Translations under genes and position numbers: made by a program
Shown here: positions 42,185 through 51,232 of the stretch, piece by piece
Numbering within the stretch: the first letter of the stretch is position 1
Layout of the letters: every line of letters begins with the position of its first letter
Assembly: GCA_036525535.1 (NCBI GenBank)
Contig: DATDAH010000160.1
Coordinates: 1 to 60,434 of the forward strand
Reading direction: 5' to 3'
Source of the DNA: Acidimicrobiales bacterium
GTDB taxonomy: Bacteria; Actinomycetota; Acidimicrobiia; Acidimicrobiales; DATDAH01
DNA: 60,434 nucleotides
The notes under the pieces: generated by a model
What the model was told of the DNA's origin: nothing
The model's database searches: none
The model's input: the letters and a program-made list of their open reading frames with translations, nothing else

Positions 42185-42718
42185 TCAGAGAGCGGCGTTG
42201 GCCGCCTCGAACTGCTCGAGGGTCTCGTCGACGCTGTAGGGGGACTCGACGAGGGTCTCGGGGTCCCACTGGCTGCGTTCCAGGGCGAAGAAGTCGCCAC
42301 CGTAGATGTGGATGGCACCGGCGAACTGGGAGGTGGGGTTGGTGACGCTGTGGATGGTGTCGTCGCCCAGCAGGCAGACGTCGGAGGGCCGGAGCTCCCG
42401 GCCGCCGGACTCGGCCAGGCCGTCACCGTCGCGCCGGAAGAAGGCGTTGTCCTCGCCGCCGGTGTAGATCCCGATGGATGCCCAGGTCAGGTGGTTGTGG
42501 GGGCGCAGGGACATGCCCGGTGCCCACACCACCTTGAGGACGGTGAGCTCGTCGGACACATGCAGACGGACCAGCTCGGCCCGATCGGGCGGCAGGGCGG
42601 CCGCCACCTCACCGGGAGACGTCACCGCCCGGTCCAGGACCTCCTTCACGGCCAGGCGGGGCTGAGCCTCCGCCCGGGCCGCCAGGACATCGGCGAGGAA
42701 GGTGTCGAGGTCGAACAT
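42185..42718 (-). CDS. Cupin-fold metalloenzyme, cysteine-dioxygenase-type-I-like
   Basis: ATG 42718. VVWAPGMSLRPHNHLTWASIGIYTGGEDNAFF...IHSVTN. Confidence 0.68.
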   Translation of the reverse strand: MFDLDTFLADVLAARAEAQPRLAVKEVLDRAVTSPGEVAAALPPDRAELVRLHVSDELTVLKVVWAPGMSLRPHNHLTWASIGIYTGGEDNAFFRRDGDGLAESGGRELRPSDVCLLGDDTIHSVTNPTSQFAGAIHIYGGDFFALERSQWDPETLVESPYSVDETLEQFEAANAAL

Positions 42719-42770
42719 GCGTCGAGCCTCGCGCCATACGGCCGGTTTCGCACCCCCTACCGTGGGGATC

Positions 42771-43274
42771 GTGACCGAGCCCCGAGTGGATCCTGCATTC
42801 GACCTCGACGAGCGGGCCATGCTCGAGGCCTTCCTGGACTGGTACCGGGCCACCGTCTTCCAGAAGTGCGAGGGCCTGCCGGCCGGTCAGCTGGCCGAGC
42901 GCTCCGCCCCGCCATCCATCCTGAGCCTGATCGGCATCGCCCGGCACCTGGCCGAGGTCGAGCGCTGGTGGTTCCGCATGGTCTTCGGCGGCCAGCCGGA
43001 GCTGGGCGAGATCTACTGCACCGACGACGACCTGGAGGCCGACCTCGAGGCCGTCGACGCCGACCCCGACGCCGACCTCGCCACACTCAGGGCCGAGATC
43101 GCGCTGGCCCGGGCGGCCACGGCCGGTCACGATCTGGACGAGTTCGGCCACGACCCCCGGGGGGCGGACATGAACCTGCGCTGGATCTACGTGCACATGA
43201 TCGAGGAGTACGCCCGCCACGTCGGCCACATGGACCTGCTGCGTGAGCGGATCGACGGCACCACCGGCGACTGA
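42771..43274 (+). CDS. DinB family (DUF664 / mycothiol-transferase-like) protein
   Basis: FLDWYRATVFQKCEGL...IARHLAEVERWWF...HMIEEYARHVGHMDLLRE. The start is GTG 42771 or 42762. Confidence 0.8.
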   Translation: MTEPRVDPAFDLDERAMLEAFLDWYRATVFQKCEGLPAGQLAERSAPPSILSLIGIARHLAEVERWWFRMVFGGQPELGEIYCTDDDLEADLEAVDADPDADLATLRAEIALARAATAGHDLDEFGHDPRGADMNLRWIYVHMIEEYARHVGHMDLLRERIDGTTGD

Positions 43275-43275
43275 G

Positions 43276-44586
43276 TTGCGGTGCCGCTCGGCGCTGGTCG
43301 CCGCCGCCCTGCTCACCGACGGGCTGGTTGCCGGTGCCGCACCCGCCCGCGCCTCGCCCGCTGACGCCCCCACGGTGGGGTTCGTCGGCGACTCCATCCC
43401 GTTCGAGGCCTTGGACCACTACGACACGACGATCCTGCGGGACCGGGCCATCGTCTTCAACCAGATCGGCCTGGCTCTCAAGATCCGTCAGGTGCTACCC
43501 GCGGTCCGAGAGGCCGTTCGGAACGGCGCCATGCCCGACATCTTCGTCGCCTTCATCGGGACGTCCCAATCCGAGTCCGACCCACCGTCGGTGTGGCGCC
43601 GCGAACTTCGGCAGCTCCTCGATCTCGTCAGCCCGGAGGTGGACTGCGTCCGGGTCTTCGAGGTCGACGACACCGACACGAACTACTACCTGCTCCACGA
43701 CCGGTACGCCGCCGCCTACAACCGCATCACCCACGCGGTGAGCCACGAGTACGACAACGTCGACTGGTTCCACTACGACCTCTGGGCCGAGCTCGTCGGG
43801 CCGGCGTGGGAGCGGCGGGACCAACTCCACCACAACGTCTACGGCCGGGTCCACATCGCACGGCTCATGCGGGAGGTCACCAACAGCTGCGACCCGGCGC
43901 TCACCAGCGGCCCCTTCTGGGACGTGCCCGACTCGGACGCCGCGGCCGGGGCCATCGCCTGGGTCGGCCAACGCCATCTCTTCGGGGGCTACGCCAATGG
44001 GACCTACCGGGCCCGGGTCGGCAGTTTCGTGCTCCCCGCGACGCGCGGGGCGTTGCTGAACATGGCGTGGCGCCTGGGTGGCCGCCCAGGCGGGTATCCA
44101 GAGCACCCGTGGTCCGACGGTCGCCCTGCGCTCGACGCCGCGCTGCGATGGGCCGCGGCCACCCGGGTCGACTCGGGCTTCGCCGACGGCACCTACCGGC
44201 CCGACACCCCGGTGAGCCGGATCCAGGCGCTGGGCCTGCTCTGGCGCATGGCCGGACGCCCGGTCGGTTTCGATGACGACCCGTGGTCTGATGCCGAAGG
44301 CCCGGCCGTCCGTTGGGCCGCGGTCAACCACCTCCTCCCCGGCGCCACCGCCACCACGTTCCGTCCCGACGCCCGCCTCGGCCGTGGCCTGTTGGCCCGC
44401 TTGTTGTTCGCGTTCGACGCCCTGCCCAGCGCCCCGTCCCCACCCAGCCCGCCGCCGACCACCCCGGTACCGTCGACGACGGTCTCCTCTGCGACGACCA
44501 TGACGACCACCCCCTCGCCGACCACGCTTCCTCCGACCACGCTTCCTCCAACCACCCTGCCCTCGACCACCACGGAGGTCCCGTGA
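43276..44586 (+). CDS. Secreted SGNH/GDSL-like hydrolase with three SLH-like repeats and a Pro/Thr-rich tail
   Basis: Signal RCRSALVAAALL...ARA. Motif FVGDSIPF. Repeats FWDVPD..AIAWV..GYANGTYR, PWSD..ALRWAA..GFADGTYRP and PWSD..AVRWAA. The start is TTG 43276 or ATG 43243. Confidence 0.68.
   Translation: MRCRSALVAAALLTDGLVAGAAPARASPADAPTVGFVGDSIPFEALDHYDTTILRDRAIVFNQIGLALKIRQVLPAVREAVRNGAMPDIFVAFIGTSQSESDPPSVWRRELRQLLDLVSPEVDCVRVFEVDDTDTNYYLLHDRYAAAYNRITHAVSHEYDNVDWFHYDLWAELVGPAWERRDQLHHNVYGRVHIARLMREVTNSCDPALTSGPFWDVPDSDAAAGAIAWVGQRHLFGGYANGTYRARVGSFVLPATRGALLNMAWRLGGRPGGYPEHPWSDGRPALDAALRWAAATRVDSGFADGTYRPDTPVSRIQALGLLWRMAGRPVGFDDDPWSDAEGPAVRWAAVNHLLPGATATTFRPDARLGRGLLARLLFAFDALPSAPSPPSPPPTTPVPSTTVSSATTMTTTPSPTTLPPTTLPPTTLPSTTTEVP
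44518..44562 (+). repeat. 15-nt tandem repeat x3 (CCGACCACGCTTCCT, third copy degenerate) encoding PTTLP x3
   Basis: Read directly within the Pro/Thr-rich tail of the preceding CDS. Confidence 0.8.
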
Positions 44587-45341
44587 GCACCCACCTCGTC
44601 CTGATCGTGATCGACAGCAACGACCCTCACCGCCTGGCCCGCTGGTGGTCCGAGGCTCTCGGCTGGCCCATCACCCTGGAGGACGACGAGGAGGTGGTGG
44701 TCGAGCCCATGGACGAGCTGGAGGACCAGGTACCGGTGCTCGGCTTCGTGCCCGTGCCCGAGGCGAAGACCACGAAGAACCGTGTGCACCTCGACCTGGC
44801 CTCCACGTCACCCGAGGACCAGGCCGCGACGGTCGAGCGCCTCCTGGCCGCCGGGGCCATGCGGGCCGACGTCGGCCAGACGGGCGACGAGAGCTGGGAG
44901 GTGCTGGCCGACCCCGAGGGCAATGAGTTCTGCGTGCTGCGCGAGGTGGGCGACGGCGGTCCCCTCGCGTCGGTCTGCCTCGATGTCGTCGATCACGAGG
45001 CCCAGGCCCGCTTCTGGGCCGAGGCCTCGGGCTGGACGGTCGTCGAGCAGGACGAGGAGGGCTCCTCGCTGGTCAACCCGTCCGGGCGGCGCCCCCATCT
45101 GGACCTCCTCTCCGTGCCCGCACTGAGCCCGGGCAAGAACCGCCTCCACCTCGACGTGGCCCCGCCCAAGGACGCCGACCACGCCGCCGAGGTGGCCCGC
45201 CTGGTGGCCGCCGGCGCCACCCCGGCCGACGTCGGCCAGACCGGAGACGAGAGCTGGGTGGTCCTGGCCGACCCGGAGGGCAACGAGATGTGCGTGCTCA
45301 GCGGCCGGGACATCCCGAGCCTCTCGCCCGGACCGGGCTGA
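44583..45341 (+). CDS. VOC (glyoxalase/bleomycin-resistance fold) protein, tandem two-domain
   Basis: GTG 44583 overlaps the upstream TGA. Both halves carry KNR.HLD.A...ADVGQTGDESW.VLADPEGNE.CVL. Confidence 0.8.
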   Translation: MSTHLVLIVIDSNDPHRLARWWSEALGWPITLEDDEEVVVEPMDELEDQVPVLGFVPVPEAKTTKNRVHLDLASTSPEDQAATVERLLAAGAMRADVGQTGDESWEVLADPEGNEFCVLREVGDGGPLASVCLDVVDHEAQARFWAEASGWTVVEQDEEGSSLVNPSGRRPHLDLLSVPALSPGKNRLHLDVAPPKDADHAAEVARLVAAGATPADVGQTGDESWVVLADPEGNEMCVLSGRDIPSLSPGPG

Positions 45342-45355
45342 CCTCGTCGGGCGGG

Positions 45356-45982
45356 ATGCCCGAGGCCGTGTCACCGCGCCGCCAGAATGGGCCCGTGCGC
45401 CCTCTCGCTCCTGCCGTCGTCTCGGCCGTGCTCGGCCTGGCCCTCCTCGGAACCGCCGGTCCGGCCGCGGCCCACGGCGACGAGGTCGTGCTCGAAGTCG
45501 TCGAGGCCACCCCCAGCGACGAGGGATCGGCGGTCACCTACCGCCTCGCGCTCACCTACGAGAACGACGGCGACGGCATCAACGGGGCCACGGTCACGGC
45601 CACGGCCCTCCTCGCCGGGGGCGACCCGGCCGCGCCCCAGGCGCTGACCGGCACCGGCACCGACGGCCTCTACGAGGGCACCATCGTCTTCTCTGCGCCC
45701 GGGCGGTGGCGGGTGCAGTTCGACGCCACCGATCCCGAGGCCCAGGCCAGCGCCACCTACCGGGTGCCCGCCCCCGCGCCGCCCACGACGAGCGCCGCCC
45801 CCGCGACCACCCTGCCGCCCGCTACTAGTGCCGCGGTCGAGCCGACCCTGACCGAGGACGACACCGAGACCGGGAGCGACGATCCCCCCGTCGGCCTGTT
45901 CGCCGGCCTCGCCGTAGCCGGCCTGGTGTTCGTCGGCGCGGCCGTCTACGTCGTCCGCCGCCGCCGGACCGACTCGACCTGA
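45356..45982 (+). CDS. Secreted, C-terminally membrane-anchored protein with a YtkA/FixH-like Ig-fold pattern
   Basis: Signal ...GPAAA/HGDE (mature N-terminal His). GLYEGTIVFSAPGRWRVQF. Pro/Thr linker. TM segment plus RRRR stop-transfer. The family call is tentative; an alternative GTG exists at 45395. Confidence 0.55.
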   Translation: MPEAVSPRRQNGPVRPLAPAVVSAVLGLALLGTAGPAAAHGDEVVLEVVEATPSDEGSAVTYRLALTYENDGDGINGATVTATALLAGGDPAAPQALTGTGTDGLYEGTIVFSAPGRWRVQFDATDPEAQASATYRVPAPAPPTTSAAPATTLPPATSAAVEPTLTEDDTETGSDDPPVGLFAGLAVAGLVFVGAAVYVVRRRRTDST

Positions 45983-46110
45983 CCTCCAACCAGGACCTGG
46001 GAGGAAATGGCGCGACCTTCCCGGATGGGCCAGGTCCGACGGTGACGGGCACCTGGTGTCGCTGACCATCCAGACCCAGGCCGTTTTTGAGCTGATCCGA
46101 GCACCTGACG

Positions 46111-46138
46111 GTGGGCCATGGCCGGCGCCATGGCCCAC
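46111..46138. repeat. 12-bp perfect palindromic hairpin GTGGGCCATGGC-cggc-GCCATGGCCCAC
   Basis: Read directly in the lower-GC intergenic island 45983-46426. Confidence 0.7.
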
Positions 46139-46193
46139 TCGTCCCCTCCCCGGTGTCGCAGACGGTCCCGGCCCACCGAGACCGTCCTCGACC

Positions 46194-46313
46194 TCAGAGG
46201 CCCAGCGGAAGCTGGCTGCCGTTGAACACCCGGGTTCCGTTGCTCAGGCCGAGGCCGAGCAGGCCCAGGGTCACCACCGCCGCGGCCAGGAGGGATCGAC
46301 GGACGCACCGCAC
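46194..46313 (-). CDS. Candidate 39-aa signal-peptide-like micro-protein
   Basis: GTG follows AGGAG (about 10 nt upstream). Sequence MRCVRRSLLAAAVVTLGLLGLGLSNGTRVFNGSQLPLGL. GC3-rich. No homolog recalled. Confidence 0.25.
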   Translation of the reverse strand: MRCVRRSLLAAAVVTLGLLGLGLSNGTRVFNGSQLPLGL

Positions 46314-46426
46314 CTGGAGGAACTCCTGTTTCAGAACTGAAGCCGTCACCACCCGATAGGACCCGCAGTCCCCCGGAGGATGACGGCGGTCGGCGGGATT
46401 CCTGCCTGCCGTGCTGCACTGGTGCG

Positions 46427-47002
46427 GTGATGTTCACCGCCGACGCCGTTCCCGGCCTGGCTGATGGCACGATCACCGTGACCTTCCGGGCGTGGAAGCG
46501 TCCCCAGGCCAAGGTCGGTGGCCGGTTCCACAAGGACGATCTCTGGTTCGAGGTCGACGCGGTGCGGACCGTGCCCGTAGCCCGCATCAGCAAGGCCGAC
46601 GCCCGTCGCGCCGGGGAGGCCGACGCCGATGCGGTGCGCCGCCGCCTCGGAGATCCGCCTCCCGAGACCGAGGTGTACCGGGTGGCGTTCCACAGGATCG
46701 GTCCCGCCGGGCCGCCCGCGAACGAGGCCGACCTGGATCCCGACGAGATCGCCGAGATCACCCGCCGCTTGGACCGCCTCGACGGGGCCGCCGCCGCGGG
46801 GCCCTGGACCCGGGCGACGCTGGCCCTCATCGCCACCCAGCCCGGGGTGGTGTCGACGACCCTGGCCGAGACGCTGGGCCGCGAGCGCTTCGCCCTGAAG
46901 ACCGACATCCGAAAGCTGAAGCGCCTCGGCCTCACCCTGAGCCTGGAGGTGGGCTACGAGCTGTCCGCCCGGGGCCAGGCCTACCTCGACGCCACGTCGT
47001 AG
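46427..47002 (+). CDS. ASCH/PUA-like domain protein with C-terminal winged-helix-like region
   Basis: GTITVTFRAWKRPQAKVGGRF...YRVAFHRI, followed by LIATQPGVVSTTLAETLGRERFALKTDIRKLKRLGL. Confidence 0.68.
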   Translation: MMFTADAVPGLADGTITVTFRAWKRPQAKVGGRFHKDDLWFEVDAVRTVPVARISKADARRAGEADADAVRRRLGDPPPETEVYRVAFHRIGPAGPPANEADLDPDEIAEITRRLDRLDGAAAAGPWTRATLALIATQPGVVSTTLAETLGRERFALKTDIRKLKRLGLTLSLEVGYELSARGQAYLDATS

Positions 47003-47245
47003 GTGCCGCGGATCGACTACCCGCCACGACGACCTCGTATCAGGGACCTACGGCCCTGTCGGGAGGCACCACCCAGGCGGAGGATCGGGGCATGCGGACC
47101 ACCCGACTCGACGTCACTCTGGGGGTCGTGTAATCGGGCCAGATGAAGCGCCGGTTCCGGATCGTCGCGGACCGCATCACCGGAAGACCTGTCGGCCGGT
47201 CGGCGTGACCTGCAGGCCGGGACCCACTAGCTGCAGGAGGCACTC

Positions 47246-47773
47246 ATGCGAGCGCTCGTCGTCCACGAGTCGATGTTCGGGAACACCGAGACCGTTGCCC
47301 GAGCTGTTGCCGACGGGCTCTCGACCGTCGCGGACGTCGAGGTCGAGTGCGCCGCGGTCCACTCGGCGTCGACCGATCTCGCCGGTGTCGACCTGCTGGT
47401 GGTCGGCGGCCCGACCCACGCGTTCAGCATGAGTCGGGCGTCGACCCGGGCCGACGCGGTCACGAAAGGCGCCGATGAAGCCGTGGCGTCGGGTCCGGGC
47501 ATCCGGGAGTGGATCGAAGAGCTCGAGCCGACGCCGAGCACGGCGGTCGCCGCCTTCGACACCCGCGTCCGGCGGCCCCGGGTCCCGGGCTCAGCGGCCC
47601 GAGCGGCCCGCAAGCACCTCCGGTCTCGGGGCTTCATGGCCGTGGGCCCGCCGACGACGTTCTGGGTCCACGGCATGACGGGCCCGCTGGACGACGGTGA
47701 GGAGGCCCGGGCCCGCCAGTGGGGCGCCGACCTCGGCACCGCCTGGGTCTCCCAACGAGCTCTGCCTTCGTGA
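47246..47773 (+). CDS. Flavodoxin family protein
   Basis: ATG follows GCAGGAGG. MRALVVHESMFGNTETVARAV...LLVVGGPTHAF. Confidence 0.8.
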   Translation: MRALVVHESMFGNTETVARAVADGLSTVADVEVECAAVHSASTDLAGVDLLVVGGPTHAFSMSRASTRADAVTKGADEAVASGPGIREWIEELEPTPSTAVAAFDTRVRRPRVPGSAARAARKHLRSRGFMAVGPPTTFWVHGMTGPLDDGEEARARQWGADLGTAWVSQRALPS

Positions 47774-47962
47774 GCGGATGCGAGGGCCCACGGCGACTCG
47801 CCGAGGCCATCCTCCGGGGTGAGGGGACGATCATCGTCCTCTGACCGGGCGACGACGGTGAGGAGAGGACCAAGGTCCCGACGCGGAGCGACCCTCGGCC
47901 CTGCCCGCCACCGTCGTTCGGGGAGGATCGTGGACGCCGACCCCTGACCCCCTGGAGGAGCG

Positions 47963-49363
47963 GTGCCCGAGACGAGCACGACCACTGACCACAGCGCGGT
48001 GCTGGCGATTTTCGGCGTCGCTGCGGTGCTCGCCCTGGTATTGGCGTTCACCGCCGTCGTGATGGCCGCCGGTGATGACAGCGGGGCCGGATCGGTGTCC
48101 ACCGCGGCCCCGACGCACGTGTCCCTGAGCGAGTTCGCCATCGCGCCGGACGCCATCACCGTCGCCGAGGGCGGGGCGCTGCACGTCACGAACGACGGTG
48201 CGACGGCGCACAACCTGACCATCGTCGACCAGGACATCGCCACCGCCGATCTTCCCGCCGGTGGCAGCGAGGAGCTCGACGTCTCCTCGCTCGCCGTCGG
48301 GACCTACGACATCCTGTGCCTCATCCCGGGCCACGCCGACTCGGGGATGACCGGCACGCTCGAGGTGACGGCGGGCAGCGGCGAGGCCGCGGCCACGGCC
48401 ACGACCGACATGGCGGGCATGGACATGTCCGGATCGACGGGCGACACCATGACCGAAGCCGACTACCAGCAGATGTCCGACGCCATGAACGCGACGATCA
48501 GCCAGTTCCCGGCGGAGTCCGCCGGCCTCGGCAACGAGGAGCTGGAGCCGACGATCCTGCCCGACGGCACCAAGCACTTCGAGCTCACCGCCGCGATCAC
48601 CGAATGGGAGGTGGCGACCGATCAGGTCGTCCAGGCGTGGACCTACAACGGCATGGTCCCCGGACCGCAGATGCACGTCGAGGTCGGTGACCGGGTCGAG
48701 ATCGAGCTGCACAACGAGCTGCCCGCGGCCACCGACATGCACCTCCACGGCGTGAACGTCCCCAACTCCATGGACGGCGTCGCGCCGGTGACCCAGGACC
48801 TCGTCGAGCCCGGTGAGAGCTTCACCTACGCCTTCGAGGCCGACGAGATCTCGGTGGCCATGTACCACGCCCACCACATGGCGCAGATGACCGTCCCGAA
48901 CGGATTGCTCGGCATGTTCTACGTGGGTGACGTGCCCCTGCCCGCGGGCCAGACCATCGGCGGCCAGGCCGTGCCGGCCGACGTCGCGGTCAGCCAGGAG
49001 ATCCCGATGGTGCTGAACGACGCCGGGGTGATCGGGTACTCACTCAACGGCAAGAGCTTCCCGGCCACCACCCCGATCGTGGGCAACCGAGGCGACTGGA
49101 TCGAGATCCACTACGCCAACGAGGGCACGCAGATCCACCCGATGCACCTCCATCAGTTCGACCAGATCGTGATCGCCGAAGACGGGTACCCGTTGGACCA
49201 CCCCTACACGGTCGACACCCTCAACGTCGCTCCCGGCCAGCGCTTCACGGTCCTGGTCCAGCTCGAGGAGCGGGGCACCTGGGTCTGGCACTGCCACATC
49301 CTCCCCCACGTCGAGCGGGAGTCCGGCATGTACGGGATGGTCACCGCGGTGGTCGTCGAGTGA
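47963..49363 (+). CDS. Membrane-anchored multicopper oxidase with an extra N-terminal plastocyanin-like cupredoxin domain
   Basis: GTG follows GGAGGAG. TM anchor. T1 site AHNL...CLIPGHADSGM. MCO motifs HLHGV, YHAHH, HPMHLH and HCHILPH. Confidence 0.88.
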   Translation: MPETSTTTDHSAVLAIFGVAAVLALVLAFTAVVMAAGDDSGAGSVSTAAPTHVSLSEFAIAPDAITVAEGGALHVTNDGATAHNLTIVDQDIATADLPAGGSEELDVSSLAVGTYDILCLIPGHADSGMTGTLEVTAGSGEAAATATTDMAGMDMSGSTGDTMTEADYQQMSDAMNATISQFPAESAGLGNEELEPTILPDGTKHFELTAAITEWEVATDQVVQAWTYNGMVPGPQMHVEVGDRVEIELHNELPAATDMHLHGVNVPNSMDGVAPVTQDLVEPGESFTYAFEADEISVAMYHAHHMAQMTVPNGLLGMFYVGDVPLPAGQTIGGQAVPADVAVSQEIPMVLNDAGVIGYSLNGKSFPATTPIVGNRGDWIEIHYANEGTQIHPMHLHQFDQIVIAEDGYPLDHPYTVDTLNVAPGQRFTVLVQLEERGTWVWHCHILPHVERESGMYGMVTAVVVE

Positions 49364-50082
49364 ACACGCAGCGCACGATCCTGCTGATCGTGCTGGGCCT
49401 CATCGTCGCCGCCACCTTCGGGGTGGCGGCGGCGGTCGTGCTCCTCGGCCCGCTCGGGCTCACCGTCGCCCTCGCCGGCGCCGTGGTGCTGTCAACGACC
49501 TACCGGTGGGTGATCGGCCCCTGGCACAGGCGGTGGGGCGCTACCGACGCCGAGGCGTCACGGGTTCTGGCCGGCGATGAACTCGTGCCGGAGGCGGCCG
49601 GCTCCACCCGGGCGGTCACCATCGACGCACCGGCGACCGACGTCTTCCCGTGGATCGTTCAGATCGGCTTCGGTCGGGCCGGCTGGTACAGCTACGACTG
49701 GATCGACAACGACGGGCGACCGAGCGCCGACCGGATCGACCCCGACCTGGCGGGCCTGGCCGTCGGTGACGTGATCCCGATGACGCCGACGACGGGCTTC
49801 GTGGTCCGGTCCATCGACCGCGAGCGGCACATCCTGGTGAGCCAGGCCGAGGACGGCACGTCGTGGGCGGTGATCGTGGAGGATCGGACCGATGGGGCGT
49901 CTCGGCTGATCAGTCGGTTCCGCCCGGAGCCGGCCCGTGGTGTCGGGGCGAGGCTCTGGATGCTCCTGGCCGACCCGGGCGCCTTCGTCATGGAGCGACG
50001 CATGCTGCTGGGCATCAAGATCAGGGCCGAAGCAGCGCTCGCCGCACGGGCCGCCGAGCGGCGCGCCAACCGGTCGGCCTGA
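49360..50082 (+). CDS. Membrane-anchored SRPBCC-family protein
   Basis: GTG overlaps the MCO stop (GTGA). FPWIVQIGFGRAGWYSYDWIDNDG...VGDVIPM. Confidence 0.65.
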   Translation: MNTQRTILLIVLGLIVAATFGVAAAVVLLGPLGLTVALAGAVVLSTTYRWVIGPWHRRWGATDAEASRVLAGDELVPEAAGSTRAVTIDAPATDVFPWIVQIGFGRAGWYSYDWIDNDGRPSADRIDPDLAGLAVGDVIPMTPTTGFVVRSIDRERHILVSQAEDGTSWAVIVEDRTDGASRLISRFRPEPARGVGARLWMLLADPGAFVMERRMLLGIKIRAEAALAARAAERRANRSA

Positions 50083-50166
50083 GCCGAAGGGTCAGTCGAC
50101 GAGCTCGTACCGGCCGGTCCGCCTTCGACGGCGAGAGTCTCGAGCTCGGACCAGGCGGTGGAGCGG

Positions 50167-51231
50167 TCAGGTGAGTGCATCGTCGAGGAAGTCGACCACC
50201 GTGTCCTCCCAGAGCTCGGGATCGGAGCGGAGGCCGGCGGTGTGAGACGCGCCCTCGACCTCGACGACGGTGACCGATTCCGGGGACCCGGCGCGGATCC
50301 AACCGGCGGCGTGTGCCTCATCGGCGACCTCGCCGGCGGTGATCAGCAGGACCGGCCGGGGTCGGGCCCGGTCCACGGCTTGGCGGAGGGTGATCGGCGG
50401 ATCGGCTGGGGTGAAACGATCCGCGAACCAGGTCGTGGCGGACTCCAGCCACTCCTGGACGGCACCGCGCCAGCCAAAGCGGTCCGACAGCCAGTCCCGG
50501 TCGTCGGCGACCCGGATGGTGGCGCCTTCGGCGACGACGGCCTCGATGCGATCGTCGGCAGCCATCGCCCCGAGGGCCTCCTCGCCGCCCATGGACAAGC
50601 CGAGCGCGGCGATGTGGTGGATCTCGGGTCGGTGCGCCAAGAAGTCGACCGCCGCGCGGATGTCCTCGTCGCCCCACCAGCCGAAGTCCATGGCTCGGCC
50701 GTGGCTGTCGCCGTGGCCCCGCGCGTCGATGGCGAGTACGCCGTAGTCGTTCTCCACGAGGACGGCGGCCTGGTCCAGCACCGAGCTGCGGGTCGATCCT
50801 GCGCCGTGAGCGACGACGACGGCCGACCCGTTCCTCGGGGCCACGTACCACCCGGCGAGCTCGACACCGTCCGATGTCCTCAGCCGGACACCCTCGGCGT
50901 CCAGGCCGACGTCGATGGGCGTGCGGGTGACCGCGGCGTGGGGAACCCAGTTCGCCGCGAGCGCCTGGCCCAGGGTCAACAGGGACAGGCCGAGGAGGAT
51001 GAGGGTGCCGACACCGGCGAGGATCCTCGGACCCCACCGGGCGCTCCGCAGGGACCGAGCTACGGCAACCAGGAGGCCGACCCCCACGAACAGGGCGACC
51101 GCGCCGACGACCGTGCCCGTGGACCAGCCGTCCTTGGTCAGGTGCGGTCCGCCGATCGCGACCGCGATGGTCAGGGCGCCAACCCCACCCAGGGCCGCCA
51201 GCGGAGGAAGAATGGCGGCTCTCTTGGCCAT
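50167..51231 (-). CDS. Alpha/beta hydrolase with N-terminal transmembrane segments
   Basis: Three N-terminal TM segments. HGAGSTR, nucleophile elbow GLSMGG and a C-terminal His region. Confidence 0.85.
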   Translation of the reverse strand: MAKRAAILPPLAALGGVGALTIAVAIGGPHLTKDGWSTGTVVGAVALFVGVGLLVAVARSLRSARWGPRILAGVGTLILLGLSLLTLGQALAANWVPHAAVTRTPIDVGLDAEGVRLRTSDGVELAGWYVAPRNGSAVVVAHGAGSTRSSVLDQAAVLVENDYGVLAIDARGHGDSHGRAMDFGWWGDEDIRAAVDFLAHRPEIHHIAALGLSMGGEEALGAMAADDRIEAVVAEGATIRVADDRDWLSDRFGWRGAVQEWLESATTWFADRFTPADPPITLRQAVDRARPRPVLLITAGEVADEAHAAGWIRAGSPESVTVVEVEGASHTAGLRSDPELWEDTVVDFLDDALT

Positions 51232-51232
51232 G

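Noticed and set aside
46111-46138. Hairpin as a Rho-independent terminator
   Set aside because: There is no U-tract after the stem on either strand. The T-run (46084-46088) lies on the wrong side for both orientations.
47092-47133. 13-codon ORF (MRTTRLDVTLGVV) after a GGAGGA, as a possible leader peptide upstream of the flavodoxin gene
   Set aside because: It is too short, with no regulatory codon run and no obvious attenuator structure. It is the tail of a longer artefactual frame.
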